Part shown: positions 27,300-36,214 of the stretch, in pieces
How positions within the stretch are numbered: position 1 is the stretch's first letter
Layout of the letters: each line of letters begins with the position of its first letter
Assembly: GCA_963555985.3 (NCBI GenBank)
Contig: OY820591.1
Coordinates: 2,016,001-2,080,000, forward strand
DNA length: 64,000 bases
Reading direction: 5' to 3'
Source of the DNA: Dehalococcoidia bacterium
Lineage (GTDB): Bacteria; Chloroflexota; Dehalococcoidia; Bin125
Notes under the pieces: generated by a model
The model's input: the letters and a program-made list of their open reading frames with translations, nothing else
Told to the model about the DNA's origin: nothing
Database searches by the model: none
Position numbers and translations under genes: made by a program

Positions 27300-28517
27300 C
27301 TAGTCTCCGAGCGCTTCGGTGAGTTCGGGGGCGGGTTCGCGCCGGGCGGCTAATTCGTCCAGGATCTCTCCGGTGTGCTCGCCCGGCAGACAGGCCCCAA
27401 ACCAGCGGGCCGGGGTGCGGGACAGCTGCCAGGGGGCGCCTCCGGTCCAGACTTTGCCCCAGCCCGAGGTCTCTACTTCGCGCAGGTAGCCGTTCTCGAT
27501 GGCCTGGGCGTGATGCTGCAAGGTCTCGAAGGAGATCGGGTAGCCGCAGGGCACTTCCGCTGCGCTCAGCCGCAGCATCCAGTAGTGGCGAGGACGCTGC
27601 TCGAACGCGGCTTGGAGTAACGCCGCTAGCTCACTTCGGCGAGCCACGCGGTCTCGGTTGGTGCGCCAGCGTGGATCTTTCGCCAGTTCGTTGATGCTTT
27701 CGACCTCCGCCTCGGACTTTCGCATTGTTTCGGCGAAGCGCTGCCACTCGTCTTCGCTGGTGACGGAGACTCCGATCCAGTCACCCCACTGGCACTGGAA
27801 TGCCTGATCGGGGGCAGCCGCGAACGCGGCCGATCCGAGGGGCCGGTGCAGATTGCCGGTGCTCAGGTATTCGGCGATGCGTCCGCTCTGGAGGGCCATG
27901 CCGGCTCGGAGCATTCCGACGTGGATGCGCTGACCCTGGCCGGTGCGCTTGCGGGCTAGCAGCCCCATCAGGATCGCCTGGGCGGCGACATTGCCGGTGG
28001 TGGCGTCGATCTGGGCCATGTGGCGGTAGACCTCGGGGCGACCGCCTTCGGCTCCGCTGAGCGACCAGAAGCCGGTGAAGTATTGGGCCTGCACATCGGC
28101 ACCGGGGCGGTCGCGCATGGGCCCGACTTCGCCCCAGCCGGTGATGGCGGTGTAGATGATGTCGGGATTGATCGCGGCGACCTGCTCGTAGGCGACGCCC
28201 ATGCGCTCGGCGGCGCCCGGGCGCATGTTGATGAGGAAGACGTCGCAGGTTTGGAGGAGCTCGTACGCGGTTGCGCGATCGGCGGGGGACTTGAGGTCGA
28301 GGAAGAGGCCGCGTTTGTTCTGGTTCCAGGTCATGTAGCCGATCGAGGTGCCGTTGATCGAGGGCGGGACGCCTGCGCCGAGGGTGCGCGGGTCGACTCC
28401 GGGCTGCTCGATGTGGATGACATCGGCGCCGAGCGCGCCGAGCTGGGTGGAGGCCCAGGGGCCGACCATCCAGAGCGTCAGATCGAAGACTCGCACTCCG
28501 TCAAGTGGTCCGGGCAT
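27300..28517 (-). CDS. family III (CaiB/BaiF) CoA-transferase subunit
   Basis: PLDGVRVFDL, LGADVIHIE, NQNKR, NMRPG, QIDATTG and PGEHT motifs. Confidence 0.92.
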   Translation of the reverse strand: MPGPLDGVRVFDLTLWMVGPWASTQLGALGADVIHIEQPGVDPRTLGAGVPPSINGTSIGYMTWNQNKRGLFLDLKSPADRATAYELLQTCDVFLINMRPGAAERMGVAYEQVAAINPDIIYTAITGWGEVGPMRDRPGADVQAQYFTGFWSLSGAEGGRPEVYRHMAQIDATTGNVAAQAILMGLLARKRTGQGQRIHVGMLRAGMALQSGRIAEYLSTGNLHRPLGSAAFAAAPDQAFQCQWGDWIGVSVTSEDEWQRFAETMRKSEAEVESINELAKDPRWRTNRDRVARRSELAALLQAAFEQRPRHYWMLRLSAAEVPCGYPISFETLQHHAQAIENGYLREVETSGWGKVWTGGAPWQLSRTPARWFGACLPGEHTGEILDELAARREPAPELTEALGD

Positions 28518-28575
28518 GTCGGCCTCCTGTCAGGGGCATGATAGTCGGCGCCTAGACTGAGGCTCGGAGGCGGCG

Positions 28576-29064
28576 ATGGCGGACACGGGGGACCGGGCGG
28601 GCGTGTTCTACGAGATCGTGCGTTGGCGTCTGGACGAACAGTCCGCTCATCGGGCGGCGCTCAACGCGCGGCTGGCGACCTTTTTCGCGACTGCTACGGC
28701 AGTGCTGGCACTCTTCGCGGCGCTGATCCAATGGGGTCCCGGCGAGCTCGAGTTGCCAGGGGCGTCGGCCGGTCTGTTGATTGCGGCGATCGCAGTTTAC
28801 GCGAGCATGATCGGGGTGTCGCTGGCAGCGTACAGCGACCGCAGCTGGAATTTCGGCCCTGATTTGCGTCGGCTCCAGCAGATACAACAGCAGGTGGAAC
28901 AAGAAGCATTGCAGGGCTGGATTACGGCGCAGATGCTTGATGCGGTCGAGGAGAATAACGAGCGGCTGAGCAATAAGGCTTCACTGGTCTGGCTTGCGGT
29001 GGTGCTCAGGGGGTTGGATGTGCTTTTGCTGGCTTCAGCCGCGCTTGTCGCGACGCTTGTCTAA
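28576..29064 (+). CDS. 3-TM membrane protein, Pycsar-effector-like topology (copy 2)
   Basis: TAGACT -10-like box and GGAGG SD; aligns with 25391..25987. Confidence 0.78.
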   Translation: MADTGDRAGVFYEIVRWRLDEQSAHRAALNARLATFFATATAVLALFAALIQWGPGELELPGASAGLLIAAIAVYASMIGVSLAAYSDRSWNFGPDLRRLQQIQQQVEQEALQGWITAQMLDAVEENNERLSNKASLVWLAVVLRGLDVLLLASAALVATLV

Positions 29065-29220
29065 GACCCGGTTCCAGAACTGCTTCCACATCGGGGCTTC
29101 CCAGATCGGAATCAATCCTCGGTTCACTCGCGCTTGGTCGGTGTGGCTGGAAGCAGGCAAAGCGGAACACGGTTGGGACGCCGACGACGAATCGCGACTC
29201 GCGCCTGTGGACTGAGCCAT
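29035..29220 (-). CDS. small antisense peptide (61 aa) ending DKRRDKRG
   Basis: Strong AAGGAG SD 6 nt before ATG; overlaps the 3' end of the membrane gene by 30 bp. Confidence 0.6.
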   Translation of the reverse strand: MAQSTGASRDSSSASQPCSALPASSHTDQARVNRGLIPIWEAPMWKQFWNRVLDKRRDKRG

Positions 29221-29347
29221 GCTGATCTCCTTATCGGCTCGAGCGGTCAGATTCCTTTAGGCGGCTAGGCTGCGTCGCCTTGCGCCCCCACGGCTTGCGG
29301 AGTCAGTCTACCTATCCCGCACCGCGCTCACATCAGCCGTCCGGCGG

Positions 29348-29665
29348 CTAGCCGCCGCCGCGTTGGGCTTTGAGCATGAAGCGGTCGAAGATGTGGTCGA
29401 GGCGCTGCTCGCTGGCTGCGCTGAGGACGAAGTGGTGCTCTTCGATTTGGGTGCTGAGGAGGGGGTGGAAGCGGCGGCGTTCGGTTCGCCAGGCGACTTG
29501 CCAATCAGGGGCGGACATGGCTCCTTCGGGCGGGGTGAGGGCGTCGGGGTCGGTTGGGCCGGGGGGCGGGATGTCGGAGTCGGTTGCGCCCAATTGCTCC
29601 AGGTACTGCTTGAGCAGCCAGATGGGGACGCCGCGGAGGGTGAACTGTCGCACTGCTTGCGCCAT
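29348..29665 (-). CDS. DUF1952-like (MoaD-associated C-terminal domain) protein
   Basis: RGVPIWLLKQYLEQLG N-terminus and QRGGG C-terminus; AGGAG SD; aor and moaD lie within 6 kb on the same strand. Confidence 0.65.
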   Translation of the reverse strand: MAQAVRQFTLRGVPIWLLKQYLEQLGATDSDIPPPGPTDPDALTPPEGAMSAPDWQVAWRTERRRFHPLLSTQIEEHHFVLSAASEQRLDHIFDRFMLKAQRGGG

Positions 29666-29828
29666 CCGACTCCTTCTTCCTTCTGGATCCGAATCGAGGA
29701 CTCATCATCGGGTATCAGGGCTACAGACGCCAACCCGGCGCTCAGTGGGAACATCAGCAGGTATCCAGGCAGCAAGTCTCAACGCTCAAGCTGTCCGGCA
29801 TCGCGCCTCAGGCCTCGGGGGCAACTGA

Positions 29829-31424
29829 TCATTTCTCAGTCGCAGTTCTCATTCCAAACACGGCGAGCCTTGTGCGCAGATCTTGCACACATGCCTGGGG
29901 ATCTCGATCTCCGAAAATAGTGAAGCGGAATAGTACATTCTTGATTCCGTAACGTCCAAGCCACTCGCTCTCCGCAACCTGATCGACCTCAGCGGAAAGC
30001 AGGGCATCGTTGATCCGCATCAGGGTCGAGCAGATGTCCTCGACATCCAAGTCTCCATCGATGATCGCACTGATGTCTCGCCGATGGTGTTCGAGATGGT
30101 CGGCGCGCCACTTTCTTGTTTCGTCAGGCGTATAGAGCCGTTGGATCTTCCAGCGCTCGATGGGGATCTTCTTCTTGCGAGCGCTTTTGCCAAATTTCTT
30201 CAGCGCGATCTTTGATTCGTCATCGTAGGCGAGATAGTACTTGCCATTCTCAGCGATCGTCTGCCGCTCGATGATTTCAACTCGCTGCCGATCCACTGCG
30301 GCGACGATTCCAACATGCAAATGAATGTCGCTGGACGAGAACGGATTGCTCGTCTCGACAATAGTCAACTCACCTGACTGCTTTCTCTGGAGCAGGTCAT
30401 GGTAGCCTTGCTGGACACTATCGGTCAGAACAACTGAGTTCGCGTACGCGCGGACGATGTCACTGCCTTTGAAGGGATCGACGATTTCTTTGATGGCGAC
30501 TTGGATCTCTTCATCTCCCTGCGTAAATCGTTCGGCCAGCTCGCGGGCCATCTCAGCAAACAGACGTCTCAGTTCATCCGAGCCTTCCTGTCCCTGGATC
30601 TGGGCGTAGACACGCGGATTGCTGCCGATGATGCGTGAGGTAAAGGCCGTCAGGACGCTGTACGGGGGCGTGGCAAGGCGAAACGATTCGGTGAGGGTAT
30701 CTCCTGAAGTGAAGGCTCTCGCCAAGGTTTTGCCGAACACCAGATAGGCGTAATGCGTAAGGGTCTGTACCAGCAGCATGTAGCGGTCATGTTTCTCGGC
30801 GGAGATTTCCTCGGGAATAGCGCCGCGTGATCGGAGCAGAGCGGTCAGCCAGTCGTACTCGTGGCTCGCACGCTGGGTGGGGATCATGGCGAAGGTCTGG
30901 CCGACCACATCCTGCACAGCCGGACCGAAGAGTGGGTGCGTGCCAAATACTTCAACTCCTTCAGGCGCATGTTTGAGCATGGCAGCGATCGCGCGCCTCT
31001 TCGTGGAAACGACATCGAAGACCGCCGCGCCGTTTCCGAGTTGGGGCAGGATCGAAGAAGCAGCGTGTTCAATCTGATTTTCCGGTACCGCCAACATCAC
31101 CAGATTGTAGTCGCCAAGATCCAGCTGTCGCGCAGGTGCAGAAGCGGCGGTCTCGACAGCAGCCCATTCAGCAACGTCAGATCCATTCTCAAGCCGGACA
31201 GCATCGATCGGTTTGTTGATTTGTTCTAGCTCTGCTATGTGCCTCGCTCCTGGGTTGCACTCGTCCGAGAGGGCAGATGCATGTAGCGGCTTGATATCCG
31301 CCAGTGTTATCCGTCCGATCTCCGGCGTGTCAGCAAAGAAGCGCTTGGCGAGCCAGATGCCGATGCCATCAGCGCCGCCTACGATGAGGAGGTTCTTGGA
31401 GGTTGCTGAGCCTAGTTGTTTCAC
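29829..31424 (-). CDS. tyrA: prephenate/arogenate dehydrogenase with long C-terminal extension
   Basis: IVGGADGIG, DVVSTK, GTHPLFGP, HDRYMLLVQTLTH and NPRVYAQIQ motifs. Confidence 0.8.
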   Translation of the reverse strand: MKQLGSATSKNLLIVGGADGIGIWLAKRFFADTPEIGRITLADIKPLHASALSDECNPGARHIAELEQINKPIDAVRLENGSDVAEWAAVETAASAPARQLDLGDYNLVMLAVPENQIEHAASSILPQLGNGAAVFDVVSTKRRAIAAMLKHAPEGVEVFGTHPLFGPAVQDVVGQTFAMIPTQRASHEYDWLTALLRSRGAIPEEISAEKHDRYMLLVQTLTHYAYLVFGKTLARAFTSGDTLTESFRLATPPYSVLTAFTSRIIGSNPRVYAQIQGQEGSDELRRLFAEMARELAERFTQGDEEIQVAIKEIVDPFKGSDIVRAYANSVVLTDSVQQGYHDLLQRKQSGELTIVETSNPFSSSDIHLHVGIVAAVDRQRVEIIERQTIAENGKYYLAYDDESKIALKKFGKSARKKKIPIERWKIQRLYTPDETRKWRADHLEHHRRDISAIIDGDLDVEDICSTLMRINDALLSAEVDQVAESEWLGRYGIKNVLFRFTIFGDRDPQACVQDLRTRLAVFGMRTATEK

Positions 31425-31458
31425 AGAGCCGCCTCTCGCGTTATGCCAGGGAAAGCGT

Positions 31459-31534
31459 TGGTGCCTAGGGTCAGAATCGAACTGACGACCTCAGCGTTTT
31501 CAGCGCAGCGCTCTACCGACTGAGCTACCTAGGC
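31459..31534 (-). tRNA. tRNA-Phe(GAA)
   Basis: GCCTAGGTAGCTCAGTCGGTAGAGCGCTGCGCT-GAA-AACGCTGAGGTCGTCAGTTCGATTCTGACCCTAGGCACCA; 76 nt, encoded CCA. Confidence 0.95.
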
Positions 31535-31728
31535 GCGTACCATCAGACGTACTCAGACAGAGCGGATTTGGCAACTGGAGTCGCAATGGGAAGTGAGTCT
31601 CAGTTTACATTCAGCGGATGAGATCGCAGCGATTCGCTCTGCGAACGACTTGCCAGTCGGGGGCGGATACGGCTGCGTCGGGCGGGGTGAGGGCGGCGAG
31701 CGTGGTTGCCGCCACGTAAGCTCAGGCT

Positions 31729-33159
31729 ATGGCACGGATTTTGATCCTGGGGGCGAGCGGGTACATCGGCGGGCACCTCGCGCCGCTGCTGGCGCAGCGG
31801 GGGCATCGGGTGCGGGCGGCGGCGCGGCGAGTGGAGAGTCTGGCGGCGCGGGGTTGGGCGAATGTGGAGATTTGCGGCGTGGACGCGCTGGCGCGGGAGT
31901 CGCTTGACGACGCGCTGCGGGAGATCGATGTCGTCTATTACCTGATCCACTCGATGGCGGCGGGGACGAATTTCGCCGAGCTCGATCGGCGCGCGGCGAT
32001 GAACGTTCGGGAGGCGGCTGCGGCGGCGGGGGTGCGGCGGATCATTTATCTGGGCGGGCTGCAACCGCGCGCGGGCGCTTCGCCGCATCTTGCATCGCGG
32101 CTGGAAACGGGCGAGGTCTTGTGTGGAGGGTCTACGCCGGTGACGGAGATTCGGGCGGGGATCGTGGTTGGCCCCGGCTCGGCGGCGTTTGAGGTGATTC
32201 GGGATTTGGTCTACCACCTGCCGATCATGGTTGCGCCGCGTTGGGTGCGATCGCGCAGTCAACCGATTGCGCTGGATGATCTGTTGGCGCTGCTGGCCGA
32301 TTTGCTTGATTTGGAGGACGGGGGCGAATCGCAGACCTTCGACGCGGTGGGGCCGGAGATTCTGAGTTATGCCGAGTTGCTGCGGCAGTTCGGGCAGGTG
32401 GCGGGGCGGCGGGTGCGGATTGTGCCGCTGCCGGTGCTGACGCCGCGGCTGTCGTCGTATTGGCTCGATCTGGTGACTGCGGTGCCTGCGCGGGTGGCGC
32501 GGCCTTTGATCGACGGCCTCAAACATGACCTGATCTCGGACGGCGCGAATGCACTGGACGCGCTGATCGATGCGCCGCGACTGACCTATGCGGAGGCGGC
32601 GCGGCGGGCGTTGGCGGCGGAAGCGGCGGGCGGGTTGCCGATTCGTTGGACGGAGGGAGCGTTTCAGTACCGCCGGGAGCGGCACGATGTGTCCTGGTAC
32701 GACAAGTCAGCGGCTGTGGAGATGGAGACGGCGGCATCGAGCGACGAGGTGTGGCGCGAGCTCAGCGCGATTGGCGGCGGGCGCGGCTGGTACTACTGGA
32801 CCTGGTTGTGGCGTTTGCGGGGAGCGATTGATCGAGCGTTGGGCGGCGTGGGGATGCGGCGCGGGCGGCGTCATCCGACCGAGTTGCGGATTGGCGATCC
32901 GCTCGATTTCTGGCGCGTGGTCGGGGTTGAACCCGGTCAACGCCTGACGCTGGTGGCGGAGATGAAGTTGCCCGGCTCGGCGGTGTTGGAGCTGGAGACA
33001 GCTGACGCTGAGGCCGGGGCGACGATGCGTCTGCGAGCGCACTTTCATCCGGCGGGGATGTTGGGGTTGTTGTATTGGTATGTGTTGTGGCCGATCCACC
33101 AGGTGATGTTTCGGGGTCTGGCGCGGGCGATCGTGCGGCGAGCGGCGGGCGGGGGGTAG
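31729..33159 (+). CDS. atypical SDR NAD(P)-binding protein with DUF2867 C-terminal domain (YbjT-like)
   Basis: GASGYIGG, YYLIHSM, HLASR, GSAAFE, IGGGRGWY, DFWRV and AEMKLPG motifs. Confidence 0.88.
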   Translation: MARILILGASGYIGGHLAPLLAQRGHRVRAAARRVESLAARGWANVEICGVDALARESLDDALREIDVVYYLIHSMAAGTNFAELDRRAAMNVREAAAAAGVRRIIYLGGLQPRAGASPHLASRLETGEVLCGGSTPVTEIRAGIVVGPGSAAFEVIRDLVYHLPIMVAPRWVRSRSQPIALDDLLALLADLLDLEDGGESQTFDAVGPEILSYAELLRQFGQVAGRRVRIVPLPVLTPRLSSYWLDLVTAVPARVARPLIDGLKHDLISDGANALDALIDAPRLTYAEAARRALAAEAAGGLPIRWTEGAFQYRRERHDVSWYDKSAAVEMETAASSDEVWRELSAIGGGRGWYYWTWLWRLRGAIDRALGGVGMRRGRRHPTELRIGDPLDFWRVVGVEPGQRLTLVAEMKLPGSAVLELETADAEAGATMRLRAHFHPAGMLGLLYWYVLWPIHQVMFRGLARAIVRRAAGGG

Positions 33160-33175
33160 TTGGAGAGGGTTGGGC

Positions 33176-33251
33176 GTTGGGTGCTGGTCACGGCGAGATA
33201 CCCCTGTTCAAGCCAGGGGCAGGCTCCGCGGCGGAGCGCGGGTATGACGGA
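33176..33251. repeat. REP/MITE family copy with internal insertion
   Basis: GTTGGGTGCTGGTCACGGCGAGATACCC identical to the 15039 copy, then an extra ctgttcaagccaggggcaggctc before CGCG..CGCGGGTATGACGG. Confidence 0.8.
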
Positions 33252-33374
33252 ACTGTGGGCGGGGGTATGAGGGATGGTGCGGGAGGGGAGAGGAATTGTT
33301 GATCCATGGCAGCGAGCGTGAACGCGATGAGCTCCTGCCGGGGGAGGTCGTATTGCCAGAGGGCCGAGAGGCGT

Positions 33375-33668
33375 TTATGCAGTGAGACCAGCACTCGTGC
33401 CTCCTGCGACCGGCGGGAAGATGTCCAACTCGCTGGTCGGGGCGACGCGGCTTTGCAAACCCTCAATGTGGCGGATGTCGCGGCCGTCGACCATGATTGC
33501 GACGAAGCGGCGGACGGTACCGTCCTCGTCGAAGAGTTGGTCGTGCAGGCCCTCGTATTCGGCGGCGAGGCGTTCGAGGATGCCGGCGACGGTATCGGGC
33601 GGATCGGCCAGATCGACGCTGCGACCGCCGACGAGCGGTCGCAGCGTGGCGTAGAAGCGGATGATCAT
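33375..33668 (-). CDS. moaD: MoaD/ThiS ubiquitin-like sulfur carrier with a C-terminal extension after GG
   Basis: IRFYATLR, VDGRDIRH and IFPPVAGG followed by TSAGLTA; downstream of aor. Confidence 0.85.
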   Translation of the reverse strand: MIIRFYATLRPLVGGRSVDLADPPDTVAGILERLAAEYEGLHDQLFDEDGTVRRFVAIMVDGRDIRHIEGLQSRVAPTSELDIFPPVAGGTSAGLTA

Positions 33669-33685
33669 CTGCTTACCGGCTGGAG

Positions 33686-35548
33686 TTAGGAGATGATCTC
33701 GAGTTCGCGCAGCTTGGCTTCGCCGACGACGCCGTCGTCCCAGCCGCGCGCCTCGTAGTACTGCTCCTTCATCTGGTCGAGTTCGCAGATGTGGCCTTCC
33801 GCCGGTCCGGTCGCCGGTTCGGTGAGGAAGCGGTCGGGCAGGGAGTCGTCGCTGCCGTCGAAGCCAGCCAGGTTGTTGAAGTGGCGCTCGAGGTTGTAGA
33901 TGCGCTCGCCCGCGACCATCACGTCCTCTTCGGACATCGGCAGGCCAACGACGGTCTCGTAGAGCGCGGCGTATTCGGGCGCGCCGACCGCGAAGGCGGA
34001 GAACTTGCAGAGGTCGAGCGAGTCGGAGAAGGCGTGCAGGTCCTGGAAGATCTTGAGCAGCGGACCCTTGCCGTCCCAGTCGAGCGGGTCGGTCTTGACG
34101 GGGATGCCGAGCAGCTCGGAGGCGGGCGTGTAGCCGCGCAGGTGGCAGGCGCCGCGATTCGAGGTCGCGTAGCCCAGGCCCTCGCCCTTGATCCCGCGCG
34201 GGTCGTAAGCGGGGACGGCCTGGCCCTTAACGGCCATCGCGATCTCGGAGTGACCCCAGGCGACGGCGGCCTTGGCCGTGCCCTGACCCAGCGTCTGGCC
34301 GACGGCGGTTGAGCCCATCGCCATCTCTTCGGTCACGCGGACCATACCCGCGCCGTCGCCCCAGTCGAGCGGGGTGTCGACATAGCCGCGCTCGGAAGCT
34401 TCCATGTACATCGAGATCACATTGCCGATCTCGATCGCGTCCATGCCGTAGTCGTTGCACTGGTCGATCACCTTGGCGATCACGGCCGGGTCGTCGTTGC
34501 CGCAGTTCGCGCCCAGCGACCAGGCCGGCTCGTACTCGAACGACTCCATCTTCAGGCCCGCGTGCGGGCCTTCGGTGATCTCGACTTCCTTCTTGCAGGC
34601 GACCGGGCAGGCGTGGCAGGTCGGCTCGGCGGTGAGGAAGTCGTCGCGCATCCGCTCGCCGGAGACCGCATTGGCCGCATCGGGAGTGGTCTGCGTGAGC
34701 TGCGAGTTCTTGGTGCCCAGACCGCCGATCGAGTTGACCGCGTTCATCAGGACGTTCGTCCCGAACGCCGAGAGCGCGCCCGAACCATCCTTGAGGCTGC
34801 CGTCGTCGTTGACCGAGGACGGGGCAGTGACCGGCGATTCCATGATCAGCTTGAGGTGCTGGCCCTGGGCGGCGCGGAATTTCTGTCGCGGTTCGCCCTG
34901 TTCCGGTCGCCAGCGGCCGGCGCGGGTGCCGCGCACGACCACGCACTTGAGGTTCTTCATGCCGGCGACGGCGCCGGTGCCGCCGCGTCCAGCGGCGCGG
35001 TCGTCCTCGTTGAGGAAGGAGGCGAAGAGCACGCCGTTCTCGCCGGCCTGTCCGATGCTCATCACCGAGACGTCGGACCTGTTGCCGCTCTCGGAGCCGA
35101 AATGGGCAACGGTGTCGTGGATGCCTTTGCCCCAGATCTCGGAGGCGTCCTTGATCTCGACCTCACCGTTCTCGACTTCGAGGTAGACCGGGGAGTCGGC
35201 CTTACCGGTGATCAGGAGGGCGTCGAAGCCGGCCCAGCGCAAGCGCGCCGCCGACCAGCCGCCCATGTGCGAGTCGGTGACCGTCCCGGTCAACGGCGAC
35301 TTGGTGACGAACGCCAGGCGTCCGGACATGGTGACCTCGGTCCCGGTCAGCGGGCCGTTGACCAGGGCCAGCATGTTGTCGGGGCTGGTCGGGTCGGTGT
35401 CTGCCCCATTGTCCAGCAGGTACTTGACGCCCAATCCACGCGCGCCGATGTACTTGCGGGCGTCGTCTTCGTTGATGCCTTCGTAGCTGACCGTGCGGTC
35501 GCTCAGATTGATCCGAGCCACGCGATCGGCAAATCCGCCGAGAGCCAT
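33686..35548 (-). CDS. aor: aldehyde:ferredoxin oxidoreductase (W/Mo-pterin)
   Basis: YIGARGLG, TKSPLTG, SIGQAGE, AAGRGGTGAV, CHACPVAC, EYE, GMDAI and SNRGACH motifs. Confidence 0.95.
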   Translation of the reverse strand: MALGGFADRVARINLSDRTVSYEGINEDDARKYIGARGLGVKYLLDNGADTDPTSPDNMLALVNGPLTGTEVTMSGRLAFVTKSPLTGTVTDSHMGGWSAARLRWAGFDALLITGKADSPVYLEVENGEVEIKDASEIWGKGIHDTVAHFGSESGNRSDVSVMSIGQAGENGVLFASFLNEDDRAAGRGGTGAVAGMKNLKCVVVRGTRAGRWRPEQGEPRQKFRAAQGQHLKLIMESPVTAPSSVNDDGSLKDGSGALSAFGTNVLMNAVNSIGGLGTKNSQLTQTTPDAANAVSGERMRDDFLTAEPTCHACPVACKKEVEITEGPHAGLKMESFEYEPAWSLGANCGNDDPAVIAKVIDQCNDYGMDAIEIGNVISMYMEASERGYVDTPLDWGDGAGMVRVTEEMAMGSTAVGQTLGQGTAKAAVAWGHSEIAMAVKGQAVPAYDPRGIKGEGLGYATSNRGACHLRGYTPASELLGIPVKTDPLDWDGKGPLLKIFQDLHAFSDSLDLCKFSAFAVGAPEYAALYETVVGLPMSEEDVMVAGERIYNLERHFNNLAGFDGSDDSLPDRFLTEPATGPAEGHICELDQMKEQYYEARGWDDGVVGEAKLRELEIIS

Positions 35549-35650
35549 GATTGTTCCCCTTCGCCAACGCTCTGGTATGCGCGACAAGGGTAGCGGATCG
35601 CAAGCGAGGAACGCCCGCAGCGAATAGAATGGTCTTCGAGAGAGACTGGA

Positions 35651-36214
35651 ATGACGACGACTGCCACAACCATCGCGCTGCCACGCGCACCCGACCTGTC
35701 GAGGGCCGAGTTCGAGTTCGAGCACTCCAGAAACGAAGCGGTTCGCTCGGCCAATCGAGAACTCATTCGCGAGCGCTTTCCGCGTCACTGGACAGTGGTG
35801 TACGAGGGTGGACACCTAGCGGCGTTCGACGATCCACAGGAGTTTCTCGCATTTCTCAGACGTTTGGGCCCATTCGCCGGAGACAGCGCTTCCGCTAGAC
35901 CACCGTGGTCCTTGGCCGACGATTCATCTCGATCTAGGAAGGCCAGTGAACTGTCAGAACAATCCAGGCGCGAATGGGAGCGTAATCGCGCCTTCTGGAA
36001 CGCACACCACAAGCAGTTGGTGTCTGACCATCCGCACGAGTGGATAGTCGTCTACGGCGGAGGCAATGTCGCAACCGCAGCCGACCAACGTGAATTGTGG
36101 GTACTCCAGCACGGCTGTGATCAGGCGACCTGGGACGTCAGCCTGCGATCATCTCCGCGAAAGCCGCTCTATCGCTGGATGCCGCGACAGCCAGATCGCT
36201 CAACCAGCAAGTGA
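35651..36214 (+). CDS. protein with two tandem DUF5678-like domains
   Basis: RNEAVRSANRELIRERFPRHWTVVYEGG and RNRAFWNAHHKQLVSDHPHEWIVVYGGG. Confidence 0.65.
   Translation: MTTTATTIALPRAPDLSRAEFEFEHSRNEAVRSANRELIRERFPRHWTVVYEGGHLAAFDDPQEFLAFLRRLGPFAGDSASARPPWSLADDSSRSRKASELSEQSRREWERNRAFWNAHHKQLVSDHPHEWIVVYGGGNVATAADQRELWVLQHGCDQATWDVSLRSSPRKPLYRWMPRQPDRSTSK

Noticed and set aside
31425-31534. Integrative element at tRNA-Phe (also checked tRNA-Glu and tRNA-fMet)
   Set aside because: I saw no duplicated tRNA 3' end and no integrase; only composition hints at transfer.
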